The notes under the pieces are model-generated. The model made no database searches and had not been told where the DNA came from. It was given only the letters and a program-made list of their open reading frames with translations. This document shows, one piece after another, positions 9,256-18,310 of a DNA stretch of 64,000 nucleotides. The stretch comes from an uncultured Bacteroidales bacterium. Its GTDB lineage: Bacteria > Bacteroidota > Bacteroidia > Bacteroidales > VadinHA17. Position 1 is the first letter of the stretch. Every line of letters starts with the position of its first letter. Made by a program: the position numbers and the translations under genes. The DNA is taken from contig CAWFFK010000004.1 in assembly GCA_963815075.1 (NCBI GenBank), positions 12,589 through 76,588 on the forward strand. Reading direction: 5' to 3'.

Positions 9256-10743
9256 TTAATTACTTGAATTTGATACTATAAGAGTCAGAATTGAATGGGC
9301 CGGACTTTTTGCCTGTGTTGCTTTACCCGTTAACCATGTTCTAAATTCAATGTCTTTCTCTGTTTGATTCAGTACCACGACAATAATCTTTCCATCAGGA
9401 TTAATAAAGGCCGAAGACAATAACCGATCATCGTTTGAAGAGCTGATAATACGTTTTGCCCCAGGTCTGATGAATTTTGAGAAATGTCCAATGTAATAGA
9501 ATGAATTCATATACATGACTTCACCTTTTTGCGTATCTCCAATCACTGCAGCCATACATAAATTACCTACATGGTTTGGACCCCCATTCTCATCTACAAT
9601 GAGATTCCAGTCTACCCAGCCAACGGCCCAATTGTTAAGATCCATAATCATTGAAAGAGCATATTGCTCACCCCAATGCCACTCGTTTATCCTATCTCTA
9701 TTGAATGAAGCGACCGTAGCTTCCGTAAATAACAACTTTTTATCAGGATAACTGTCGTGTACCAGCCTTACGTTTTCAAAATGGTTACCTACATACCAGT
9801 GGAATGCCATACCCCAAACATATTTTGCAGCTTCCGGATCATCATAAACCGCTTTTGCCCTTTGGTACATTATACCCCGGTTATGGTCCCAAATCATCAG
9901 ATTTACATTTGACAAATTATTTTTTTCGAGAGTTGGCCCAAGATAATTTTTAACAAAGTTGCATTCATCTTCTCCTGTAAAAATGCAGGATTCCCACGTT
10001 TGTACCGACATTGGTTCATTCTGAACAGTTAAGCCCCATATGGGGATTCCTTCAGAATTGTATTCTTTAATAAACCTGATGTAATATTTTGCCCATGTCT
10101 CGAGATATTCGGGCTTTAATTTACCTCCCCGAAGCATATTGTTGTTTGTCTTCATCCAGGCAGGAGGGCTCCAGGGCGAAGCAAAGATTTTTAACTTGTT
10201 ATTGGTTTTTTCTATGGCTGCTTTAATCAGAGGTATTCTGAATTGCCTGTCATGTTCAATCGAAAAGTGGGTTAAGGCTGTGTCTCCCGAAACCTCATCA
10301 TAAGCATAACTTTCGCTGGAAAAATCAACACTGTTTATATGTGTCCGGCAGAGCGAATAACCAATACCTTCTTCAACAGAAAAATATGCATTCAGAATTT
10401 CATCCTGCTTTGGTTTAGGAAGTTTGTAAAATGTTTCTGCTGAGGCATCGGTAAAAGCACCACCGAATCCTTCGATTGTCTGAAACCTTTTATCCGGATC
10501 AACCATTATAGTTGGAAATTTCTCGTCAGGTTGCGGCAGATCTTCAAATGTCAAAGTGTCTGTGAGCTGAAGCCTGGCATTTGTGTTTTTAGCTGTTAGA
10601 TAGAGAACAGCATGCTGTGGTTGAGCTTGAATATTTGTTTTGTCCAGATCTGCCTTAGCTGATAGTCCTTTATTGTCAGTATTGAAATGGCACGAAAGTA
10701 AAAGGACTGACAGGCAAGCTAATAAAGAATAAATTTGTTTCAT
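9256..10743 (-). CDS. GH30 (GH30_1/glucosylceramidase-like) lipoprotein, copy B
   Basis: Lipobox LLSC; GFGGAFTD, NSVDFS, ASPWSPP, VQNEP, FHWY, FTEA, WVDWNL, GGPNHV motifs. Confidence 0.88.
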   Translation of the reverse strand: MKQIYSLLACLSVLLLSCHFNTDNKGLSAKADLDKTNIQAQPQHAVLYLTAKNTNARLQLTDTLTFEDLPQPDEKFPTIMVDPDKRFQTIEGFGGAFTDASAETFYKLPKPKQDEILNAYFSVEEGIGYSLCRTHINSVDFSSESYAYDEVSGDTALTHFSIEHDRQFRIPLIKAAIEKTNNKLKIFASPWSPPAWMKTNNNMLRGGKLKPEYLETWAKYYIRFIKEYNSEGIPIWGLTVQNEPMSVQTWESCIFTGEDECNFVKNYLGPTLEKNNLSNVNLMIWDHNRGIMYQRAKAVYDDPEAAKYVWGMAFHWYVGNHFENVRLVHDSYPDKKLLFTEATVASFNRDRINEWHWGEQYALSMIMDLNNWAVGWVDWNLIVDENGGPNHVGNLCMAAVIGDTQKGEVMYMNSFYYIGHFSKFIRPGAKRIISSSNDDRLLSSAFINPDGKIIVVVLNQTEKDIEFRTWLTGKATQAKSPAHSILTLIVSNSSN

Positions 10744-11128
10744 AGTTCTGAGTTCTTGATAATTATTTTGAATTGATATAAGTGACTATTTTTTGATTAT
10801 TAATAAATTCCATGTTGCAGTTTTTAGCTCCTATTGATGATGTATCCAGATATTTGTGATCAACTCTTCCACGTTATTAAAAGGATATATAAAAAATTAT
10901 GGTTTGCCGGAATAATTTAAAAAATAATGAATCTCCTTGTGCCCGCGTGGAAAAGACTGTTGATGGTTATCTGTGCATAAGCCAGATTCATAGACGGGAT
11001 TCCAGGGAATGATAACCGGTAAAAATCAACCATTGTTTTTTCTAAGCTGCTTCTTCACTTTTTCCACATTATATCCCAACTAGTTAAGTTGAGTTTATTA
11101 ATAAGTCAACCCAACAATGGTAATATTT

Positions 11129-11174
11129 GAAAGGATAGGAAATTCAGGTAAACCCTGAATTTCCCGATCCTTTC
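11129..11174. other. Long stem-loop downstream of susD1
   Basis: GAAAGGATAGGAAATTCAGG-TAAAC-CCTGAATTTCCCGATCCTTTC; no U-tract follows in the gene (minus) direction. Confidence 0.7.
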
Positions 11175-11203
11175 TTTTTAATTTGGATTTATATGCACCA
11201 GGA

Positions 11204-12640
11204 TTAATAACCAGGATTCTGCGTTAAATTAGGATTTCTGTTCCTTTCATCCTGAGGAATGGGCCATAATAGATCACGGGGAGCCACAGCATTAGTATAA
11301 CCCAAATTTTGCATTGTGCTTATTGCTTTCCCTGTACGTAAAAGATCATACCAACGATAGCATTCAAATGCTAGTTCCAGTCTTCTTTCCAATAGGATAG
11401 CCTCAGAAACAGCATCTTTGGATACAAGATTTTTAACAGGTAAATTAACCCGGTCTCTAACTATTTGCAAATCATCTAAAGCACCACTTATATCATTGAG
11501 TTCATTTTTAGCCTCAGCTCTCAGTAGAATGGTTTCAGCCAACCGAATAACATACCAATCGTCATCACTTGCCCATCCACTTGGATGTCTCCATTTGAAA
11601 GGAAAAGGTACTATATCCCCGTAGACGGGATCAACCCAATATTGTCCAATATTTTCAAAGATTATAGATGAATGCAAACGGATTGAATCACCCTCTTCTC
11701 TGAAGGCATTGACTAGATCAACAGATGGTGTATTAAATTTTCTCCAGGTATCGCCACTAATTGATGGAGGACACCAAAGCTGGTATGTCCATGTTGTATA
11801 ACTGGGTTTTGCATGTTGAATCTCAAAAATAGATTCCGAATTATTATAATGATCTCCATCGAACAATTGATCATAATCGGGAAGAAGCTGATAAACACCA
11901 GAAGAAATAACTTCGTCACAATACTCCTTTACTTTATTCCAATCAGCAGGAGTTTTTGCTGCATACACCTGAGCAAGCATTGCATAGGCGGCACCCTGAG
12001 TTGCATGTCCTCCTTTTTGCGTCGAAACATCTGCTTTTGGTAAAACACTTATACAATATTCCAAATCATTGATTATCTGAGCATAAACCTCATCCACTGG
12101 AGCCCTGAACAGGTTAATCGTTTTAGGATCTGTCGACTCTGTCGGGGTTATCGTAAGTGGAACCTCACCAAAAATACGGACTAAATTAAAATAAGCAAAT
12201 GCCCTCAGAAAAGAAGCTTCACCTTGAATAATCTCTCTTCGGTTACCTACATCTAACTTTGGATCGATAATTCCAGGTACATATTTTAATACAGTGTTAC
12301 ACCTGTTAATTGCATCATAGAATCCGGTCCAGAGAGTAGGAATATACATTATAATAGGATCTCGGGTAAAATTATCAACTTTGAAATTATCTGGATTGTC
12401 TCCACCTGCATAATTATTATCACTGCTTACATCCAACATAATTGTCATATCCCAGTTGGTTTCAGAACTTATTACTGTACTATAGCATCCTACAAGTGCA
12501 TTCTCAGCATCTGTAGCGGACTTAAAATAGTTTTGAGTAGAAATAGTGGATTTGGGTACAGTATCAAGAAAATCTTTAGTACATTGATTGAATATTAAAG
12601 TAATCAATGCCACTATAATATATTTATAAAGTGTTTTCAT
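11204..12640 (-). CDS. susD: SusD/RagB family glycan-binding lipoprotein (PUL1)
   Basis: Lipobox FNQC; GEASFLRAFAYFNLVRIFGEVP, IRLAETILLRAEA, ERRLELAFE..RWYDLLR, PIPQ.E..NPNL.QNPGY. Confidence 0.95.
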   Translation of the reverse strand: MKTLYKYIIVALITLIFNQCTKDFLDTVPKSTISTQNYFKSATDAENALVGCYSTVISSETNWDMTIMLDVSSDNNYAGGDNPDNFKVDNFTRDPIIMYIPTLWTGFYDAINRCNTVLKYVPGIIDPKLDVGNRREIIQGEASFLRAFAYFNLVRIFGEVPLTITPTESTDPKTINLFRAPVDEVYAQIINDLEYCISVLPKADVSTQKGGHATQGAAYAMLAQVYAAKTPADWNKVKEYCDEVISSGVYQLLPDYDQLFDGDHYNNSESIFEIQHAKPSYTTWTYQLWCPPSISGDTWRKFNTPSVDLVNAFREEGDSIRLHSSIIFENIGQYWVDPVYGDIVPFPFKWRHPSGWASDDDWYVIRLAETILLRAEAKNELNDISGALDDLQIVRDRVNLPVKNLVSKDAVSEAILLERRLELAFECYRWYDLLRTGKAISTMQNLGYTNAVAPRDLLWPIPQDERNRNPNLTQNPGY

Positions 12641-12686
12641 AATTAATTATATTTATTTGTTAATAAACATTATCATTCAATAGAAG

Positions 12687-15600
12687 TTAAAAATTAACAT
12701 TAAATCCAAAATTGAAAGTCCTGACATTTGGATACGTTCCATAATCCACTCCCAGTGAAACAGCGTTGTCAATTTGACCCCCAACATTTCCAGCCCAGCT
12801 AACTTCAGGATCATAACCGCTATATTTTGTAAATGTTAAAAGGTTTTGAGCAGATACAAAAACATTGAGACTTGTGATATGAGCTTTTTTAAGAAAATCA
12901 GAATTTAAATCATAGCTTAATGTAACATTCTTAACCCTAAGATATGTACCCTTTTCAACAAATCTTGATGAAGCTAATGAATTGTCGGAATTGCCAAAAA
13001 TGGCCTTCGGGATATCTGTAACATCTCCTGGGTTTTCCCATCTTCTTAAAGTAGCTGCAGATTGATTTTGCACCTGTTCCATGGCTTCCAGTTTCAATCT
13101 TGTACCATTAAATATATCATTCCCATAAACTCCCTGAATGAAAATTGATAGTGAAAGCCCTTTATAAGAAAAGTTATTGTTTATTCCAAAGACAAATTTT
13201 GGATTTGGATTTCCAATTACAACTCTATCCGAGTCAGCACTGAACATATAATCCGAACTTACACTGTTCCTTTTGTAAATGATATTTCCTGTTTGTGGAT
13301 CAACACCTTCCGAATAATATCCATAAAACACACTCAATGGTTGGCCTTCCTTAATTATTGTAATATTTCCTCTTTCCCTTATTATGCCGGCAGTATACAT
13401 AATTACGTCTTCTCCTCCAATATCTATAACTTTGTTTCTATTAAGAGAGAAGTTCAAATCTGTATTCCAGTTAAAATCACCAGTAAGATTGTATGTGCTT
13501 AGCTCCAATTCGAATCCCTTATTGTTTATTTTACCAATGTTTTGTATCCCATTTGAAAAGCCAGTCGAGTATGGTAAATTAACATTTAAAAGAAGGTCTG
13601 ATGTATTCTTAAAATAAACATCAGCCGTTAACTTTATTCGGGACTTGAACAAGGATAGATCAATCCCAATATCAGTCTGCTTCGTCGATTCCCACTTAAG
13701 ATCTGAATTGCCGATAGAATTTGGATAGCTTCCTGGATAAATAGTACCATTGAAAGGATAAACACCGCCTAAACTAATCAATCCCATATGAGCATAATCA
13801 CCGATACCGTTTTGATTACCGGTTAGTCCAAAACTGGCCCTTATTTTCAGGTCATTAACAGCTGTGATACCGGAGAAAAACTCTTCCTGAGAAATTCTCC
13901 AACCCACTGATGCTGAGGGAAAGTATCCGTATCTATTGTTGGCCCCGAACTTTGATGAACCATCTGAACGAAAATTGCCGGAAAAAAGGTATTTATTGTC
14001 AAATGCGTAAGTTATTCGCACCAAATAAGACTGAAGTGTCCACCCTGATGCGTTAGTACTTCCACTAACTAACTCGGCGCCTGCATTAAGCGTCTGAACT
14101 TTATCATCAGGAAATCCTCTCTTTGTTAAATAAGAACTCTCCATTTTTGCTTCCTGCCTTGTTATTCCTGCTAAAGCTGTAATGGCATGTTTCCCGGATG
14201 AGTAATTATAATCCAAAATGTTTTCGTTCAGCCAAATCATTTGCTGTGATCTATTTGCAACGGCATTCCCACCTTGTGATCTATTGTATTCACTATGTGC
14301 CTGCAGGTCGAATTGATCGTAATTTCGATAATTTGCATCAATAGCTAATGAAGTTCTAAAACTGAGACCTTTTGTAAAAGCAACTTTAACATACATATTG
14401 CCAAGTAAACTTGTAACTCGTGAACTAGCATTGCTACCATACATGTAAGAATATGGGTTGTCCCATCCTCCCTGGTGTGGGTTGGATCCAAAATCACCGT
14501 TGGCTTTATATTTAGGCGTATAGGGGGTGGTATAAGCCAGAGCATCCAATAACAAACCTTGACCATGTACAGGGTCAGTTGATCCGATATCACTGCTTTT
14601 TGATGAGCTTAAATTGATATTGGTACCCGCTGTTAGCCATTTAGTCATTTGATTGTCAATGTTGACTTTAAATGAATACCGTTTATAATCAGAAGGCTTC
14701 AAAATTCCTTCGCTCTTTCTGTATGCTGTTGATATATAATATTTGGTATTTAGATTTTCTCCCGAAAAAGAAAGCTGATTATCACTTGTATGTCCTGTAA
14801 AGAAAATTTCATCCTGCCAGTCAATATTAGTAGTAATCGTATCAGGATTAATAATCGGAGCCTGTCCGGCATTAATTTTTTCTTCATTTAACAGCTGAGC
14901 ACACTCCTTTGCGTTTAGAAGGTCAAGCATTTTTGTGGCGTTGCTTATACTATAGACTGATCTGAACGAAATAACGGGTTTTCCTGACTTAGACCCTATC
15001 TTGGTATTAATAAGCACTACACCATTGGCTGCCCGGGCTCCATATATAGCACACGAGGCAGCATCCTTCAGAATCTGCATAGATTCAATATCAGCAGGAT
15101 TTAAATCGCTAATTGAAGTGGTCGGGGTACCATCTACCACGTATAATGGCTCATTCCCAGCAGTTATAGATGTGGCTCCACGGACCTGTATTGAAAAATC
15201 TCCCTGTGGTCTGCCTGATGCCTGAATTACCTGTACTCCTGCCGCTTGTCCTTCAATTGCCTGTGATAAATTTACCATGCTCCTCTTTTCTACCTCATCC
15301 ATCTTAACGGTGGAAACTGAAGTAGTAATATCCTTCTTTTTCTGTGTACCATAACCTATCACCACAACCTCCTCCAGGCTAGACATTGAGGGGGCTAACG
15401 TAATATCAATAACTGTTTTACCTTGAGTAGGTACTTTCTGAGGTTCATACCCAATAAAAGAAAAGATAAGAACAGCATTAACATCTGGTAAAGTTATAGC
15501 ATATTTACCATTTATATCTGTACTAGTCCCAGTTCCCGTGCCTTCAATCTGAACATTTACCCCGGGTAAGGGGATCCCATTTTCATCAGAAACAGTCCCG

Positions 15601-15989
15601 GTAACTGTTAATTGCTGTAATAAATTCACAGGAGCAATTACAATCAGATTATTGGCCAATACTTTAAAGGAGAAGTCCGAATTTTTGAATATCTCACTTA
15701 AAATATTATTAAGTGGTTCATCGGTCTTATCTATGTTTACGATGATTCCTTCAATAGCATCATCACGGTACAAAAACTTATAAGAGGTTTGCTTTTCAAT
15801 AGAACTAAAAAATTCTTTCATGCTTGAATTCTTCAATTGAATAGTAACCTTCTCAGATTGAGAATAGCCGTTTGCTGCAAAGCTTGCAAAACTAATGAGC
15901 AATAAAAAAATAGTTAGTTTCATGAAGAGGGGTAGTTTAGTCAGGTCAAAACATTTGTAACCTGATAATGAAAATTGAAATTTTTTCAT
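12687..15989 (-). CDS. susC: SusC/RagA TonB-dependent transporter with N-terminal STN signalling domain (PUL1)
   Basis: STN-like N-terminal extension, LEEVVVIGYG, LKDAASCAIYGARAANGVVLI, LKWEST, terminal Phe. Confidence 0.95.
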   Translation of the reverse strand: MKKFQFSLSGYKCFDLTKLPLFMKLTIFLLLISFASFAANGYSQSEKVTIQLKNSSMKEFFSSIEKQTSYKFLYRDDAIEGIIVNIDKTDEPLNNILSEIFKNSDFSFKVLANNLIVIAPVNLLQQLTVTGTVSDENGIPLPGVNVQIEGTGTGTSTDINGKYAITLPDVNAVLIFSFIGYEPQKVPTQGKTVIDITLAPSMSSLEEVVVIGYGTQKKKDITTSVSTVKMDEVEKRSMVNLSQAIEGQAAGVQVIQASGRPQGDFSIQVRGATSITAGNEPLYVVDGTPTTSISDLNPADIESMQILKDAASCAIYGARAANGVVLINTKIGSKSGKPVISFRSVYSISNATKMLDLLNAKECAQLLNEEKINAGQAPIINPDTITTNIDWQDEIFFTGHTSDNQLSFSGENLNTKYYISTAYRKSEGILKPSDYKRYSFKVNIDNQMTKWLTAGTNINLSSSKSSDIGSTDPVHGQGLLLDALAYTTPYTPKYKANGDFGSNPHQGGWDNPYSYMYGSNASSRVTSLLGNMYVKVAFTKGLSFRTSLAIDANYRNYDQFDLQAHSEYNRSQGGNAVANRSQQMIWLNENILDYNYSSGKHAITALAGITRQEAKMESSYLTKRGFPDDKVQTLNAGAELVSGSTNASGWTLQSYLVRITYAFDNKYLFSGNFRSDGSSKFGANNRYGYFPSASVGWRISQEEFFSGITAVNDLKIRASFGLTGNQNGIGDYAHMGLISLGGVYPFNGTIYPGSYPNSIGNSDLKWESTKQTDIGIDLSLFKSRIKLTADVYFKNTSDLLLNVNLPYSTGFSNGIQNIGKINNKGFELELSTYNLTGDFNWNTDLNFSLNRNKVIDIGGEDVIMYTAGIIRERGNITIIKEGQPLSVFYGYYSEGVDPQTGNIIYKRNSVSSDYMFSADSDRVVIGNPNPKFVFGINNNFSYKGLSLSIFIQGVYGNDIFNGTRLKLEAMEQVQNQSAATLRRWENPGDVTDIPKAIFGNSDNSLASSRFVEKGTYLRVKNVTLSYDLNSDFLKKAHITSLNVFVSAQNLLTFTKYSGYDPEVSWAGNVGGQIDNAVSLGVDYGTYPNVRTFNFGFNVNF

Positions 15990-15996
15990 AACTTTG
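15989..15996 (+). promoter_or_regulatory. Bacteroidota primary-sigma -7 box, antisense to susC1
   Basis: TAACTTTG matches TAnnTTTG exactly and overlaps the susC1 start codon; no clear -33 box. Confidence 0.5.
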
Positions 15997-16000
15997 TTAG

Positions 16001-16078
16001 GTTAAATGGTTAGTTTTAATTTCAGTTAGACAGATCATTTTTCATAGCGAAGGATGCTGCGAACATCTTTCGCTTTTT
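16001..16078 (+). ncRNA. Putative cis-antisense sRNA (DonS-like) in the fecR-susC1 spacer
   Basis: Bounded by the -7 box above and a plus-strand hairpin AGCGAAGGATG/CATCTTTCGCT (16046-16074) running into a T tract. Ends are approximate. Confidence 0.45.
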
Positions 16079-16125
16079 GATTTCAGTTTACCTCATAGGC
16101 ATTAATATTAAACTGGTTTATATGA

Positions 16126-17232
16126 TTATTTCTTTGAAATTGTAATAAGATTTTGCTTAATGCTGTAATTAAATGGAGTAATGGTAACAAGTGCATTAAG
16201 AACCTGTTCAAGTGTTTCTTTATCAAATTTTCCGCTAAACCTTATGGTATTCAACACTGGATAATTAACTACAATCGTCACATTATACCAACGTTCAATT
16301 TTTATTACCAGACTAGAGAAGGGTTCATTATCAAAAATCAATTTATTCTCCTTCCACGAAATGGTTTGCTCAGTCTTGGACGAAGACTGAAGATTTATTG
16401 TCCGGAGTTTTACAGGAGCAATTTCTGATCTGAACAAAGCAGATGAGTCATTTGTCTGAAAACTATTTTTGGATTTTACAAATACAGCACTCTGATTAGG
16501 TTTAAGTATAATTGGATTACCCTTTTCAGTTTTGTCAGCACTTGCATAAATTTCGACAACTCCTGAAATAAGGGTTGCCTCTTCAATATCTTCATCCGGA
16601 TAGGCCTTTAAATTAAAGGTTGTACCCAAAACTTTGACTTTTAACCCGGATGTAGTTACATAAAAGGGTCTTAGAGAATCTTTGGTTATACTAAAGAATC
16701 CTTCGCCTACCATGGATACAGAACGACTATTTGGGTTAAACTCAGAACTAGAATACTTTAAGATTGAACCTGAATTTAGTGTAACAACAGAACCATCAGG
16801 CAAAACAACACGCGATTTTGATCCATATGGAACTTCCACCATCTGAATCAGTTCAGCTACAGTTGCAGAATGTGAGGTTTTATTCAGATAATATGAATGA
16901 ACCAGCCAGGAAAACCCAAATGCAAGAACAAATACAGCGGCATATCCTATAACTAACCTGACATAACCTGAGAATATTACTTTATTCGGGCTTCCTGTTA
17001 CTGGTTTTAATAAAACACCAACCCTACTAACTATCTCGTTATAAATATTTTCAGAATTAACGCTATTATTAACTTCTGATGATTTATCCCACATATTTTG
17101 ATAAAATTCCAAAACTTCAGATTGAGGCTCTTTCTCTTTTAAATAACTCAATAAAAGAGTCATCTCTTCATTTGTAATTGTTCCGAGATAGAATTTCTCA
17201 ATATACTTTTTTATTAGCATCTTATTTCCCAT
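16126..17232 (-). CDS. FecR-family anti-sigma factor
   Basis: Single TM helix, VPYGSKSRVVLPDGSVVTLNSGS, GEGFF, VKVLGTTFN, SWKENKLIF; start taken at ATG 17232. Confidence 0.92.
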   Translation of the reverse strand: MGNKMLIKKYIEKFYLGTITNEEMTLLLSYLKEKEPQSEVLEFYQNMWDKSSEVNNSVNSENIYNEIVSRVGVLLKPVTGSPNKVIFSGYVRLVIGYAAVFVLAFGFSWLVHSYYLNKTSHSATVAELIQMVEVPYGSKSRVVLPDGSVVTLNSGSILKYSSSEFNPNSRSVSMVGEGFFSITKDSLRPFYVTTSGLKVKVLGTTFNLKAYPDEDIEEATLISGVVEIYASADKTEKGNPIILKPNQSAVFVKSKNSFQTNDSSALFRSEIAPVKLRTINLQSSSKTEQTISWKENKLIFDNEPFSSLVIKIERWYNVTIVVNYPVLNTIRFSGKFDKETLEQVLNALVTITPFNYSIKQNLITISKK

Positions 17233-17398
17233 AATATATATATTTTGTATTTGGTTGATAGTTTCCGTGACAAAAAATGAATAAATATTCAAAAAAAATA
17301 CAAAACACTATCAATGTGAATGTTATAATTTAAACAATTGTAATAGTTTTAAGAGAGAAAATGTCTAAATTGATTTATGTTCAAACCTAACGCAAAGA

Positions 17399-18010
17399 TC
17401 AATAATAATGAATCTTATATTTATCCCTTAAAAAATCCAGAGCTCTCCTGATTTGTGTATCAACTGTATTCTCAGTAATATTCAATTTATTTGCAATCTG
17501 CTTGTAGGTTAATCCTGAAAACCGGCTTAGTTTAAATATCTCCTGCTGTCGATAAGGAAGGTCCATTATAACTGTTTCTATAAAAGAAAGCAACTCATTA
17601 TACAATACATCATCCTTTGTTGCTTCACTCAAATCAAATGAATTAAAAACGAAATGGTCGATAGCTGCCTTTTTGTAAACCTTCTGCCTGAAATCCTGAT
17701 ATACCATGTATCTTGCTATTGTAAACAGGTAGGAAGCAAGGGATTTATTTTCATCCACCTGTCCCCTTTGTTCCCATAGTGCTACAAAAACCCGTTGAAC
17801 AGTTTCCTCGGCATCATCCGAAGATTGATGAAGACTTATACAGAAGTTATAAATGCGTTTATTGTATCGTGAAAAGATTTTCTCGAAGGCAGGAATTGTC
17901 CCCTTCTGTAATCCAAGTATAAGTGTTTTTTCATCCAAGATTGGTATGCTCTTCTTTAGTTGAACCTGTAAATGTATTAAAAATTTAATGTTGTTGTAAA
18001 ACTGTGACAT
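17399..18010 (-). CDS. ECF sigma-70 factor (Bacteroidetes expansion type)
   Basis: AFEKIF, DAEETVQRVFVALW, SYLFTIA, LP.RQQEIFKLSRFSGLTYKQIA..L.I.ENTV; true start may be TTG near 17938. Confidence 0.92.
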   Translation of the reverse strand: MSQFYNNIKFLIHLQVQLKKSIPILDEKTLILGLQKGTIPAFEKIFSRYNKRIYNFCISLHQSSDDAEETVQRVFVALWEQRGQVDENKSLASYLFTIARYMVYQDFRQKVYKKAAIDHFVFNSFDLSEATKDDVLYNELLSFIETVIMDLPYRQQEIFKLSRFSGLTYKQIANKLNITENTVDTQIRRALDFLRDKYKIHYY

Positions 18011-18168
18011 TCCAAAAAAATTCAGGAATCTATTTCAGATTTATCAGATTTAATAATTTGCCTTGCAGGCAAATTAAGGGAGGAGTCGGACTGCAGGGGT
18101 GTAGAGCTCAGGGATCAATGAGCAAAGCGAATTACCCACGCCTCTGTGAGGGGGAGAAAGGGTGAGTG

Positions 18169-18204
18169 GGAGAATAGGAGAATAGGAGAATAGGAGAATA
18201 GGAG
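18169..18204 (+). repeat. Octamer microsatellite (GGAGAATA)x4.5
   Basis: Read directly; lies in the purine-rich spacer between the two PULs. Confidence 0.9.
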
Positions 18205-18205
18205 G

Positions 18206-18243
18206 AAAAACAAAAAACCATGCGAAGCATGGTGGTTGTTTTC
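18206..18243 (-). terminator. Intrinsic terminator after GH95, ending the PUL2 enzyme run
   Basis: Minus strand ACCAUGC-UUC-GCAUGGU followed by UUUUUGUUUUU. Confidence 0.75.
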
Positions 18244-18310
18244 TATTTGCAAAAATGGTATTCAGTTCTTATTATTAACAACTTATACTTTCAAATAGAG
18301 GTGTCCGAAT

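Larger units (their letters stand above)
4430..10743. repeat. Tandem duplication of a ~3.18 kb two-gene unit (4430-7560 and 7610-10743)
   Basis: Direct nucleotide similarity at offset 3180-3183 across both genes and the short intergenic spacer between them. Confidence 0.95.

Noticed and set aside
4430..10743. Diversity-generating retroelement template/variable repeat pair
   Set aside because: No reverse transcriptase, whole genes are duplicated, and differences are not restricted to adenines.
10918..11033. 38-codon minus-strand ORF in the susD1-GH30 spacer
   Set aside because: No recognisable motif or signal; length compatible with chance.
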